Origin: an uncultured Gammaproteobacteria bacterium
Lineage (GTDB): Bacteria; Patescibacteriota; Patescibacteriia; S139-126
Reading direction: 5' to 3'
DNA: 64,000 bases
NCBI GenBank assembly: GCA_964620905.1
Contig: CAZUKA010000001.1
Span: 455,646-519,645 of the forward strand
The notes below the pieces were generated by a model that was given only the letters and a program-made list of their open reading frames with translations, did not search any database and was not told where the DNA came from. Shown one piece after another: positions 10,117 to 19,718 of this stretch; the first letter of the stretch is position 1, and each line of letters starts with the position of its first letter. The translations under genes were made by a program, and so were the position numbers.

Positions 10117-11568
10117 ATGACCAAAGAAAATAAGGAAATACAACTTGATTTTCTCAAGTCCGACACCAATCAAACCGCTACTCAAGATTTAGAATCAAAC
10201 CAGATTATCACTAAGCCAAAAACCAGACGCGGTCCAATCAAAGGTGTTATTTTTATTGTGTCTTTACTTATCTTTCTCGGTTCGCTTGTATTGTATATTC
10301 GCATCTCAGCAACGCCTTTGGGAGCGACTCTAAACGATTTTTCCTGGCTAGCAAGCTTTAAACATCTATTTACCAATGCCGATCGTTTTAATGAAATCGG
10401 CCACCGAGACCAGGTCAATATACTTTTACTTGGTATGGGTGGGGTTGGCCACGAAGGAGCATATCTCACTGATACTATGATAGTGGTCAGTTTCAAACCC
10501 GCTACCAAACAATTAGCTATGATTTCTATACCGCGGGATTTATACGTTGACATGGGAAGTTATGGCTGGAAAAAAATAAATAGCGCCAATGCCTATGGTG
10601 AGATGGCCAAATACCCAGGCGGTGGAGCGGCTTTTAGCTCACAAATCGTTAGCGAAGTAATTGGCCAACCAATTGATTATTTTGTCCGAGTTGATTTTAA
10701 TGGCTTTAAAAAACTAATAAATGATTTGGGTGGATTGGAAATAAATATTGAACAAGGATTCACCGACTCCCAATACCCTGACAACAATTTTGGTTATCAA
10801 GCACTAACCTTCAATAAAGGCAAAGAACAAATGAGTGGGGAAAGAGCCTTGCAATACGCTCGCTCTCGCCACGGCAACAACGGCCAAGGTTCTGATTTTG
10901 CTCGCTCTCGCCGGCAAATGCAAATTTTAATGGCTATCAAAGACAAAATTATGACCGCCAGTACTTTACTGAATCCAATCAAATTAAATGACTTATATGA
11001 TAACCTCACTGCCAACATCACTACCAATATCAAAACCTTTGAAGCTTTACGTTTTTGGCAGCTGGGACGAAATATCAATCAACCAGATATAATTCACAAG
11101 GTTTTAGACAGTTCAGCTGATGGTTTATTGTATTCCTATATTTCTGAGACTGGGGCTTATGTTTTAAGTCCGCGAGGAAATAACTATGAACAAATTCACA
11201 AATTTTTCGACGAGCTGTTTACTGCTTCGGAAATCCAAAACGAAGCTAGTACGGTAGTAATATACAATGGCACCAACATCACCGGACTAGCGGCAGAAAC
11301 TTCACAACGCCTAAGTCAAGCAGGCTATCAGATTTTATTGACTGGCAATGCCCCCAGCCGCGATTGGACTAGAACTATTGCCTATGATCTCAGAGCCGAA
11401 AAAAACCAAAATAATTCGCGGAGTTATTTAGCTACTACCTTAGATGCCAGCATTCAAACTGAACTGCCATTTGAACTTCAAGAAAAACTGGCCAATGAAC
11501 CTACACTTAAAAATAGTCAAATCACTATTGATTTTGTAATTGTTTTGGGTAATCAATTGGCACCATAA
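10117..11568 (+). CDS. LCP (LytR-CpsA-Psr) family glycopolymer transferase with LytR_C domain
   Basis: N-terminal TM; NILLLG, TDTMIV, ISIPRDL, KINSA, ALQYARSRH, SDFARSRRQ; C-terminal VVIYNGT..GLA..IVLG. Confidence 0.93.
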   Translation: MTKENKEIQLDFLKSDTNQTATQDLESNQIITKPKTRRGPIKGVIFIVSLLIFLGSLVLYIRISATPLGATLNDFSWLASFKHLFTNADRFNEIGHRDQVNILLLGMGGVGHEGAYLTDTMIVVSFKPATKQLAMISIPRDLYVDMGSYGWKKINSANAYGEMAKYPGGGAAFSSQIVSEVIGQPIDYFVRVDFNGFKKLINDLGGLEINIEQGFTDSQYPDNNFGYQALTFNKGKEQMSGERALQYARSRHGNNGQGSDFARSRRQMQILMAIKDKIMTASTLLNPIKLNDLYDNLTANITTNIKTFEALRFWQLGRNINQPDIIHKVLDSSADGLLYSYISETGAYVLSPRGNNYEQIHKFFDELFTASEIQNEASTVVIYNGTNITGLAAETSQRLSQAGYQILLTGNAPSRDWTRTIAYDLRAEKNQNNSRSYLATTLDASIQTELPFELQEKLANEPTLKNSQITIDFVIVLGNQLAP

Positions 11569-11571
11569 ACT

Positions 11572-12927
11572 ATGATCACCAAAAAATTATCTGCTCGTCA
11601 AAAACTTCCGTCCGTGGTTTTGGTTGGACGGACCAATGTTGGTAAGTCCACCTTGTTTAATCGTTTAGCAGAAACACCCGCTGCCTTAATTTCACCTCAA
11701 GCCGGTACTACCAGAGATTATCAAGAAATAGAAATTGACTGGCAGGGAAAAAAATTCATGTTGGTTGATACGGGTGGATTAACCCGTGACCATTCAGCAG
11801 ATTTTAACGACTTAATTTTATCCCAGACACTATTAGCAGCTAAAAAAGCTAAACTGATTTTGATGGTGGTTGATGGTAAACTTGGACCATTGCCGGAAGA
11901 TTATGATATTTATCAAATTATCAAAAAAACTGGGCGACCATTTTTATTGGTTATTACCAAACTGGACAATGCAAAAAATTGGGACCGGGCAATAATTGAT
12001 TTTTCAACCTTCAGCGCTGACGAAATTTTTCCAGTTTCCGGAGTCAATGGTATTGGTACGGGCAATTTACTTGATGGCATTACCAATCGTTTACCTGCGA
12101 CTAAGCAATTGGTAGAAGAAAAGTCAGAAAACCTAATTCGTCTGGCTATCATCGGTAAACCCAATGTAGGCAAATCTTCTTTGGTTAATTCTATCCTGGG
12201 TTATGAAAAACAAATCATTTCTGCTCGTGCCCACACCACTCGCGGCACACAAGATATTACTATCAACTTTGCTCAGCATAAAATAATTTTGACTGATACT
12301 GCCGGCCTCAGACGACAAACTCAAAAAAGTGATCGTTTAGAAAAATATAGTCTAGACCAAACTTTGTATAAAATAAAAAATTCCAACGTTACTTTGTTGG
12401 TTTTAGATATTTCCCAACCGCTAACCTTCCAAGACCGACATTTGACTGAACATGCGGTCAAAAGTGGCAATAGTATGTTAATTGTAGCTAATAAGTGGGA
12501 TTTGGTACCAGATAAAGACGAGACTACCATGAATACTTATACTAAATATATTTATCAAACTTTTCCTCATCTGACCTGGGCGCCAATCATTTTTACTTCC
12601 GCACTGACCAAACAACGTACCCAAATGATGTTAGCCAAGGCCGTGGAACTTTATGAAAAAAGATTTACTAAAATATCAGATAGCGCTTTGCAAAAATTTT
12701 TGAAAAAAATTATCAGTAAACATCCGCCGGCTCGTGGTAAAGGTGCGGGACATCCTTATATTTATCATCTCAAACAGGTAGATATAAACCCGCCAACTTT
12801 TCAAATAACCATCAAATACAAAAAATCATTACATATTTCTTATCTACGTTTTATTGAAAATAATCTACGGGATGAATTTGATTTTTTAGGCACCCCGTTG
12901 CGACTTTTCATCACTTCGGTAAAATAA
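11572..12927 (+). CDS. der: Ribosome biogenesis GTPase Der/EngA
   Basis: Two G domains (GRTNVGKST/DTGG; GKPNVGKSS/DTAG/NKWD) and C-terminal KH-like domain ending SYLRFIENNLR..F.GTP. Confidence 0.96.
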   Translation: MITKKLSARQKLPSVVLVGRTNVGKSTLFNRLAETPAALISPQAGTTRDYQEIEIDWQGKKFMLVDTGGLTRDHSADFNDLILSQTLLAAKKAKLILMVVDGKLGPLPEDYDIYQIIKKTGRPFLLVITKLDNAKNWDRAIIDFSTFSADEIFPVSGVNGIGTGNLLDGITNRLPATKQLVEEKSENLIRLAIIGKPNVGKSSLVNSILGYEKQIISARAHTTRGTQDITINFAQHKIILTDTAGLRRQTQKSDRLEKYSLDQTLYKIKNSNVTLLVLDISQPLTFQDRHLTEHAVKSGNSMLIVANKWDLVPDKDETTMNTYTKYIYQTFPHLTWAPIIFTSALTKQRTQMMLAKAVELYEKRFTKISDSALQKFLKKIISKHPPARGKGAGHPYIYHLKQVDINPPTFQITIKYKKSLHISYLRFIENNLRDEFDFLGTPLRLFITSVK

Positions 12928-12971
12928 AACTAGATAAATATTCTAAATTCCAGATTCTAAATTCTAAAAAA

Positions 12972-13544
12972 ATGATTGCAATTTTTGGTCTGGGTAATCC
13001 AGAAAAAAAATACGAACATACCCGACATAACTTAGGTTGGGATATAATTACTGCTTGGCAACTAAAACACCAAGAATATTTTTCTGATTTTACAAACCAA
13101 GAAAAATTTTCTTCACAAATTGCCCAAGGTACTTGGGGTGATAAAAAAATATTGTTAGTTAGACCTTTAACCTTCATGAATCTATCTGGACAAGCAGTAA
13201 GTAAAATTAAATCATTTTATCAACTTGCCAACAGTGATATTTGGGTGATTCATGATGATCTTGATTTGGGACCGGAAAAAATAAAAATTTCAATCAATGC
13301 CTCGGCCGGTGGGCATAATGGCGTAGCTTCAATTATTGATTCTTTGGGAGATAAAAATTTTGTCAGGTTTAGAGTAGGCATTGGTCGTCCCGGTCTGTTT
13401 GGTAGAATAAGCAATTATGTTTTAAAAAAACCTTCCCCTACTGAACAAAATTCAATCAACCAAGCCAAAGAAAAAATTTTAGCCGCTCTTGATTGTGCAC
13501 TAACCGACAATCTAGCCAAAGCCCAAAATTTATTCAACAACTAA
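12972..13544 (+). CDS. pth: Peptidyl-tRNA hydrolase
   Basis: GLGNP..Y..TRHNLG, TFMNLSG, HDDLDL, GGHNG, RVGIGRP. Confidence 0.97.
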   Translation: MIAIFGLGNPEKKYEHTRHNLGWDIITAWQLKHQEYFSDFTNQEKFSSQIAQGTWGDKKILLVRPLTFMNLSGQAVSKIKSFYQLANSDIWVIHDDLDLGPEKIKISINASAGGHNGVASIIDSLGDKNFVRFRVGIGRPGLFGRISNYVLKKPSPTEQNSINQAKEKILAALDCALTDNLAKAQNLFNN

Positions 13545-13567
13545 AACCGCCCTATTGGGCGGTTTTT
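13545..13567. terminator. Bidirectional intrinsic terminator
   Basis: AACCGCCC-TATT-GGGCGGTT flanked by A and T tracts. Confidence 0.8.
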
Positions 13568-13712
13568 TAGTACTCACTAGGCTCCTAGTCAGTGCAAAGG
13601 TGACTAGAAAAATCTAGAACCCTTGACTTAGGGCTACTTGTCAAAAACAAGGAGGGGTGTTTTTGCTTTCACCACTGCACTAGGAACCTAGTAGGTACTA
13701 AACTAACAATGT
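13568..13712 (-). ncRNA. Candidate unannotated structured ncRNA (~145-170 nt)
   Basis: Promoter TTGACA(13746-13741)-16-TAAAAT(13724-13719, with TG); ~30-bp closing helix with G-U pairs on the minus strand; three apical hairpins; terminator immediately downstream; no ORF. Confidence 0.6.
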
Positions 13713-13749
13713 TTTAGCATTTTAACAAACAAAAAAAATTTGTCAATAA

Positions 13750-13776
13750 ATACCCCAAGCACTAAGCTTGGGGTAT
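13750..13776 (-). terminator. Terminator hairpin after the SIMPL gene
   Basis: ATACCCCAAGC-ACTAA-GCTTGGGGTAT inverted repeat. Confidence 0.7.
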
Positions 13777-13799
13777 AAATAAATTTATTTTGGAATCAA

Positions 13800-14561
13800 C
13801 TACTTCACCTGATAATTAATACTTACTTCCATAATTATTTCTTGACTACCGCCTGGCACAGCCGGGGCAGAACTATTTCCACCTCCACCATAACCACCCA
13901 TATCATTATAAGGCACACCTGGTCCACCTATTGGATTTTCCCACCAACCAATAACTTTGCCCAAACGTACACCTAAACTGCCAGCAATACTTTTGGCTTT
14001 CCCTCTCGCATCAACTATAGCTTTCAGTCTGGCCTCCTGTTTTAAATCTTCCAACTTAGAACTATCAAAACTTACTCCTTGAATCTGATTGACCCCAGCT
14101 TTGGTAGCCGCGTCAATAACTTGGGAAACTAAATCTTTATTGACTGATAAATTTGTTACCTTCACTACCAACAATTGACTGGCATTGTAACCACCGGGCG
14201 TTTGGACATTGTTTATCCAATCATATTGCGGATATAAAGAATAATTTTGAGTTTTGATATTTTCTTTTGCTACTCCCACTCCTTCTACAGCTTTGATCAC
14301 GTTATTTATTTTTTCATTTAATTGAGTCAAAGCTTGGTCAGCCCGGGTGACTTTATCAACCTGAACACCCATAGTGATATTGGCAACATCAGGTTCATAA
14401 CTCACTGTACCACGACCCGAGACACTCACTTGCCAATATTGTTTATTGACTATCCGGTCGCGTAAAATGGCTACAACTACTACCCCGGTCAACAATAAAA
14501 TTCCGACTAAAATAAGTAGATATTTTGGCTCTCGCCAGGTTTGTTTTTTATTCTCTTCCAT
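13800..14561 (-). CDS. SIMPL/DUF541 (YggE-like) domain protein
   Basis: VSVSGRG.V...PDVANITMGV, IKTQNYSLYPQY, AGVNQI.GVSF, AIVDARGKA. Confidence 0.9.
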   Translation of the reverse strand: MEENKKQTWREPKYLLILVGILLLTGVVVVAILRDRIVNKQYWQVSVSGRGTVSYEPDVANITMGVQVDKVTRADQALTQLNEKINNVIKAVEGVGVAKENIKTQNYSLYPQYDWINNVQTPGGYNASQLLVVKVTNLSVNKDLVSQVIDAATKAGVNQIQGVSFDSSKLEDLKQEARLKAIVDARGKAKSIAGSLGVRLGKVIGWWENPIGGPGVPYNDMGGYGGGGNSSAPAVPGGSQEIIMEVSINYQVK

Positions 14562-14760
14562 ATTTTGTTTGGTTAATAATTAATTGACCATTCTTGTAGA
14601 CACATTATAACACCTTGATATAAAATAGAAAATTATATTTACTAAGGTTGATAAAAATCTCGGCAAGATAAATTTATTAGATTTTATTGTTTGACAGGAT
14701 AACAACAATATGTAAAAATATTCAAATTCGTTATTTAAAAACTATTATTGGAGTTAAGCC

Positions 14761-15465
14761 ATGAAAGAAATAAAAACAATTATTTGTCATTTACCAAAAA
14801 TTCACAAGAAAGTATCCCCCCTGCTACCTTGGGAACAAATGGTAAAAACCAATAGTCAAACTGAATTGATTCATCGTGCTCAAAATGAAAAATTTAACTG
14901 GTTGATAAGTACCGTTGGTGAAAACAACTATTATCATAATTTTACAGTTCTGGAAGCTACCAGATCAATCCCGATAAAAAAAATTCTTTATGCTGAAAAA
15001 AAATATACTCCCAGTCTAAAAAATATTGTTGAAGGCTTCAATGCCTTTATTCTCAATCAATGGGAATTAACAACTCTCAACGGAATGTTAAGCTCTCAAG
15101 CACCTCTAAAAAAAGACGGGAAAATATTAATCTACTTTGAAAACTATTACGAGCAGCTCATGATTTTCAACGAACATCAACATAAAAAAATAGAATTAAA
15201 ATATCCAGAAATAAAAATAAACAATTATCCAGCAAAAGAATTAGGTAGTTTACTAGGTGAAAATCGTTTCAAAATTATTATTGATACTACTACCGCTTCC
15301 TATCCCTGGAGTCTAACTCCAAAATCAACGAGCCCGCTAATAAAAGAATTCAAAAATACCAATTTTACTGAAATACCAATTTTAGTTTGTTTAAAAAACC
15401 AGCTCACTCTAAAAAGAGATATTTTAAAAAATATTATATACTATTCTCAATCAAGCAAAGTGTAA
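14761..15465 (+). CDS. Hypothetical orphan protein (234 aa)
   Basis: Long ORF with GGAG SD and an upstream TTGACA at 14691; no recognisable motif. Confidence 0.7.
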   Translation: MKEIKTIICHLPKIHKKVSPLLPWEQMVKTNSQTELIHRAQNEKFNWLISTVGENNYYHNFTVLEATRSIPIKKILYAEKKYTPSLKNIVEGFNAFILNQWELTTLNGMLSSQAPLKKDGKILIYFENYYEQLMIFNEHQHKKIELKYPEIKINNYPAKELGSLLGENRFKIIIDTTTASYPWSLTPKSTSPLIKEFKNTNFTEIPILVCLKNQLTLKRDILKNIIYYSQSSKV

Positions 15466-15513
15466 ACTTTGCTTTTTTATTTTTTTTCCGCTAAGGTAAC
15501 TACACCACTTGCT

Positions 15514-18510
15514 ATGGTTGAAAAAATTATTAAAAAATTATTAGTCAACCAGTCACTCTCTTTAAGTCAACTACCCAATATCACCGCGCGGACTTGGCTG
15601 GTTTGGCAGCTGGCAACCAGTACCCAAATCAAACATTCGGGTGTTTTGTTGTGGGTAGAGGATGATAAGGAACTAATCAGCTCACAACAAAATTTATTAT
15701 TTTGGCAATCTATTTATCCAGCCAATATACCTGTCCTTATCTGGCCAGAACAGGCCAGTGTTATTTTATATAATTTTATCAACCACCTGCCGCAAATTGC
15801 CATTATCTCCATGACCACCTCCTTACAAAACCTACCTGATCTGTGCTGGTGGAAAACAAACCTGATCAAGCTTCATCATCACGAAAATTATCACCCAAAC
15901 AAATTGGTCAAAGAAATTTTTGACTTTGGGTATGAACGACAAAACAAAGTATATGCTACTGGTGAATTTTCTCAACGTGGCGAAATAATTGACATTTGGC
16001 CCATCACCAACCAGTATCCCCAACGAATCATTTGGCAAAATAACAGTATTGCCAGTATTTTTAGTTATGACCTTTGGTCACAAACCAAAATTACTGAACA
16101 AAAAAATCTAACTATCCTACCAAAAAAACTGCCAACTGCTAAAAACGATCTAGCTATCTATCTACCGAAAAATCTTATCAGCTTTCATTCTCAAACAAAC
16201 AAAATAAAATATAAAACTGATTGGCAACTTCTTTGGCAAAATTTTGAAAGTCTAACCAGCGAAAAAATGAACTTCTTTACTCCCCCGCACTGGCAACTTG
16301 ACCAGAAGGAATTATTTAACTGGCTAAAAGATAAAAAAAATTGGCAAATTATAGTCAGTGATTCTCGTTATAATTTTATAAAAGAAAAATTCTCTCAAAT
16401 CAAAGTACAAAACCAACCATTTTTACAAGGATTAATCAATCAAAATCTTAAATTGGCAATTTTAACTGCTCGTGAATTGCCCGTCCAATCAAATAGTAAT
16501 CATTTAAAAAAATTTTCAACTGGAAAAAAAACCTTTGCCCCGGGGGACTATGTGGTCCACATTGATCATGGTATTGGAAAACTAGCAGGTACCATTAAAC
16601 AAAATTTTGATCAAACCACCAAAGAATTTTTTGTTATTCATTATGCGGCCAATGATAAACTTTACGTACCAGTCGAAAAAACTGATCGTTTGGAAAAATA
16701 TATTGGTTTAACCAGACCAACCTTACATCGCCTATCCGGCAACAGTTGGCAACAACTTAAACAAAAAATAAAATATGATCTTATTCAATCAGCAGAAAAA
16801 ATCATTTACCATCAGGCTCAAAGAGAAGTTGCACTCGTGGCACCTTTTCAACAATCATTTACCGAAGAAAAATCTTTAGCCAATGATTTTCCTTTTACCG
16901 AAACTGCTGACCAAGCCCGCGTGTTGTCTGAAGTTTGGTCTGATTTAAAACAAGACAAACCTATGGATCGCCTAATTTGTGGCGATGTTGGTTTTGGTAA
17001 AACTGAAATTGCTCTGCGCGCTGCTTTCAAAATTATTCTACATGGCCAACAAGTCGCCTTACTTTGCCCAACCACTATTTTAGCCCAACAGCATTTTGAC
17101 TCTTTTACCCAACGATTAGCAAAATATGGCGTCAATATTTGTTTGCTGACCAGATTTCAAGACAAAAATGAACAAACGACGGCACTAGCTAAACTAGCTC
17201 GAGGCGATTGTGATTTGGTTATTGGTACTCATCGCCTACTATCTGATGATGTCAATTTTAAAAAATTAGGGTTATTGATAATTGACGAGGAACAAAAATT
17301 TGGTGTCAATCACAAAGAAAAAATAAAAAAGCACCGCGCTCATACTCATTTACTTACTTTATCAGCAACGCCGATTCCCCGCACACTATATTTTTCCGTA
17401 GCCGGATTAAAGCCCATCAGCCTCATCCAAACTCCCCCAATTGGTAGACAACCAATTATCAGTTCCATTGAACCTTATGATGAAATCAAAATTAAACAGG
17501 CAATTGCACAAGAACTATCCAGACAAGGACAAGTATATTACCTGTTCAATAACATCTCCACTATGCCCCTGAAAGTTCAACAACTACAACGACTTATACC
17601 TGCGGCCAGACTAGCCTATGCTCATGGCCAAATGACCGGCAAAGAATTGAGTCAAACTATGCACCAGTTTGACAATCAACAAATAGACGTTCTGGTTTGT
17701 TCAACAATTATTGAAAATGGTTTAGATCTTGCCAATGTTAATACTTTAATAGTTGAACAAGCAGCCAACTTTGGTTTGGCTCAACTCTATCAGCTAAGAG
17801 GCCGGGTAGGAAGAGGTATCAGACAAGCTTATGCCTACTTTTTTTATTCTTCACAAAAATTAAATGGTTTAGCAGCCAAAAGATTGCAAGCTTTGGAAGC
17901 AGCTTATGAATTGGGTAGTGGTTTAGAACTAGCCCGACGTGATATGGAAATTAGAGGTATTGGTAACCTACTTGGCCACAAGCAGCATGGTCATATTAAA
18001 GCCGTAGGTTTAAATTTATATCTGCGACTGTTAGAACAAGCAATCAGCGAACTACAAAATGGGCAATCTCATTACCAGGAAGATGATGTTCACATTCAAT
18101 TACCCCTAACTTATCATATTGATGAACAGCTGATGCCAGCTCTAGAACAAAGATTTGATTGCTATCAACATCTAGCTCAATGCCAAACCGTAACCGAATT
18201 AGAACAGCTGGTAGAAAAAAATTGGGGGACAAAAGAACTACCAACCCCAACTGCTAATTTAATTTTGATTTTAAAACTAAAAATCATTGCTCGAACAAAA
18301 AGTATCAAAGCTATTGAAGCAAATCCCAGTAGAAACGGCGAACAAAAAATTACTATCTTTTTCCAACAGCCGCTAACCGAAAGTGTTATTGAAAAATTTA
18401 AAAAATTAAACAACAACTGGCAAATAAACGCTAAGACTGTCAAGATACAAATTTCGTCAATAGGAAAAAATTGGCTCTCACAACTCAGCAAAACTTTAGA
18501 AAAAATTTAA
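15514..18510 (+). CDS. mfd: Transcription-repair coupling factor (divergent N-terminus)
   Basis: GEFSQRGEIIDIWP, PGDYVVHIDHGIG (RID), CGDVGFGKT, DEEQKFG, SATPIPRTL, QLRGRVGR, DMEIRGIGNLLG. ATG at 15514 preferred over TTG at 15469. Confidence 0.93.
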   Translation: MVEKIIKKLLVNQSLSLSQLPNITARTWLVWQLATSTQIKHSGVLLWVEDDKELISSQQNLLFWQSIYPANIPVLIWPEQASVILYNFINHLPQIAIISMTTSLQNLPDLCWWKTNLIKLHHHENYHPNKLVKEIFDFGYERQNKVYATGEFSQRGEIIDIWPITNQYPQRIIWQNNSIASIFSYDLWSQTKITEQKNLTILPKKLPTAKNDLAIYLPKNLISFHSQTNKIKYKTDWQLLWQNFESLTSEKMNFFTPPHWQLDQKELFNWLKDKKNWQIIVSDSRYNFIKEKFSQIKVQNQPFLQGLINQNLKLAILTARELPVQSNSNHLKKFSTGKKTFAPGDYVVHIDHGIGKLAGTIKQNFDQTTKEFFVIHYAANDKLYVPVEKTDRLEKYIGLTRPTLHRLSGNSWQQLKQKIKYDLIQSAEKIIYHQAQREVALVAPFQQSFTEEKSLANDFPFTETADQARVLSEVWSDLKQDKPMDRLICGDVGFGKTEIALRAAFKIILHGQQVALLCPTTILAQQHFDSFTQRLAKYGVNICLLTRFQDKNEQTTALAKLARGDCDLVIGTHRLLSDDVNFKKLGLLIIDEEQKFGVNHKEKIKKHRAHTHLLTLSATPIPRTLYFSVAGLKPISLIQTPPIGRQPIISSIEPYDEIKIKQAIAQELSRQGQVYYLFNNISTMPLKVQQLQRLIPAARLAYAHGQMTGKELSQTMHQFDNQQIDVLVCSTIIENGLDLANVNTLIVEQAANFGLAQLYQLRGRVGRGIRQAYAYFFYSSQKLNGLAAKRLQALEAAYELGSGLELARRDMEIRGIGNLLGHKQHGHIKAVGLNLYLRLLEQAISELQNGQSHYQEDDVHIQLPLTYHIDEQLMPALEQRFDCYQHLAQCQTVTELEQLVEKNWGTKELPTPTANLILILKLKIIARTKSIKAIEANPSRNGEQKITIFFQQPLTESVIEKFKKLNNNWQINAKTVKIQISSIGKNWLSQLSKTLEKI

Positions 18511-18581
18511 AAATTTTAGCTATTTCTGCTGTTAGACTGACAACATTTTACCAACTGAAATATTTGCCTTATATTATAACC

Positions 18582-19670
18582 ATGCCCACAGATTTAAAAT
18601 ATTGGCTGTCTTTCAGCCGCGTGCCCCAAATAGGCTCCAGCCGATTACTGCGCTTGTTGAAGTACTTTCCAGATTTAAAAACTGCTTGGGAGGCAACCCA
18701 GTCGGATTACTTAGCAGCCGGACTAGACCAACGTACAGTAAACTACTTGCACTTGTCTAAAAAATCAATAATACCCGATAGTTTGGTGGCGGAATTAGAA
18801 AAATATCAGATTAAAGTCTGTTTGTTTATTGATGCTGATTATCCACCATTACTCAAACAAATTTATGATCCGCCGGCTTTACTTTATTACCGAGGTCAAC
18901 TAATAAACAACCAACCTTTGCTGGCAATTGTTGGTACGAGAAAAATTTCCGCCTACGGTATCCAAGTGATAAAAGATCTTATCCCACCGCTGTGCCAATA
19001 TCAACTAGTTACTGTTTCCGGTTTGGCCTTGGGAGTTGATGCTTTGGTTCATCAAGAAACCATCCAAGCCAACGGTCAAACTATGGCTGTTTTAGGTAGT
19101 GGTCTGGATGATGAAAATTTATACCCCTCTTCCAATCGTTTTTTAGCTAAACAAATCATCACAAACGGCGGAGCTATTATTTCAGAATATCCACCAGGTA
19201 CTTTGCCTTTGAAACAACATTTCCCGCGCCGCAATCGAATTATTTCCGGACTAACTAGCGGGGTTTTAGTTATAGAGGGCGATATTGAATCTGGTTCATT
19301 GATCACTGCTGCCTCTGCCTTAGAACAAAACCGTGAAGTCATGGCCGTACCCGGCTCAATTTACAGCGCCAATTCTACTGGTCCTAATCAACTAATTAAA
19401 CAAGGCGCTCATATGATTACTCACTATCGGGATATTTTGGAAATACTCGATTTGCAAGAAATTTCCGCTACCAGTCAACCTGCCGCACCGACTGATCCTC
19501 AACAAAAAATAATCTGGGATATTTTATCCTCCGAACCTATCACAGTTGATGAATTAATCCGACAAACTGGCTTGAATGCAGCCATAATTAATATGCATTT
19601 ATCACTCTTGGAACTAAATAATTTGGTACACAAAATGGCTGATGGTAAAATAATCAAAAAAGGAAATTGA
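18582..19670 (+). CDS. dprA: DNA-processing protein DprA
   Basis: YPPLLKQIYDPP, AIVGTRK, VSGLALGVD, FPRRNRIISG, SGSLITA, VPGSI; C-terminal winged helix. ATG at 18582 avoids overlap with mfd. Confidence 0.96.
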   Translation: MPTDLKYWLSFSRVPQIGSSRLLRLLKYFPDLKTAWEATQSDYLAAGLDQRTVNYLHLSKKSIIPDSLVAELEKYQIKVCLFIDADYPPLLKQIYDPPALLYYRGQLINNQPLLAIVGTRKISAYGIQVIKDLIPPLCQYQLVTVSGLALGVDALVHQETIQANGQTMAVLGSGLDDENLYPSSNRFLAKQIITNGGAIISEYPPGTLPLKQHFPRRNRIISGLTSGVLVIEGDIESGSLITAASALEQNREVMAVPGSIYSANSTGPNQLIKQGAHMITHYRDILEILDLQEISATSQPAAPTDPQQKIIWDILSSEPITVDELIRQTGLNAAIINMHLSLLELNNLVHKMADGKIIKKGN

Positions 19671-19718
19671 CTTGCCAAATAATTTTGTTTTGTGTTATGT
19701 TCAAAAACAGTTATACTT

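Noticed and set aside
11572-12927. Non-canonical Der motifs (TKLD for NKxD; HTTRG for GTTRD)
   Set aside because: Overall architecture is intact; this is consistent with ordinary divergence in a fast-evolving lineage.
13568-13712. SRP RNA or tRNA identity for the structured RNA
   Set aside because: No SRP domain IV motif, no T-loop and no CCA end.
15469-16500. mfd as a pseudogene
   Set aside because: The frame is uninterrupted and all translocase motifs are present; only the N-terminal region is divergent.
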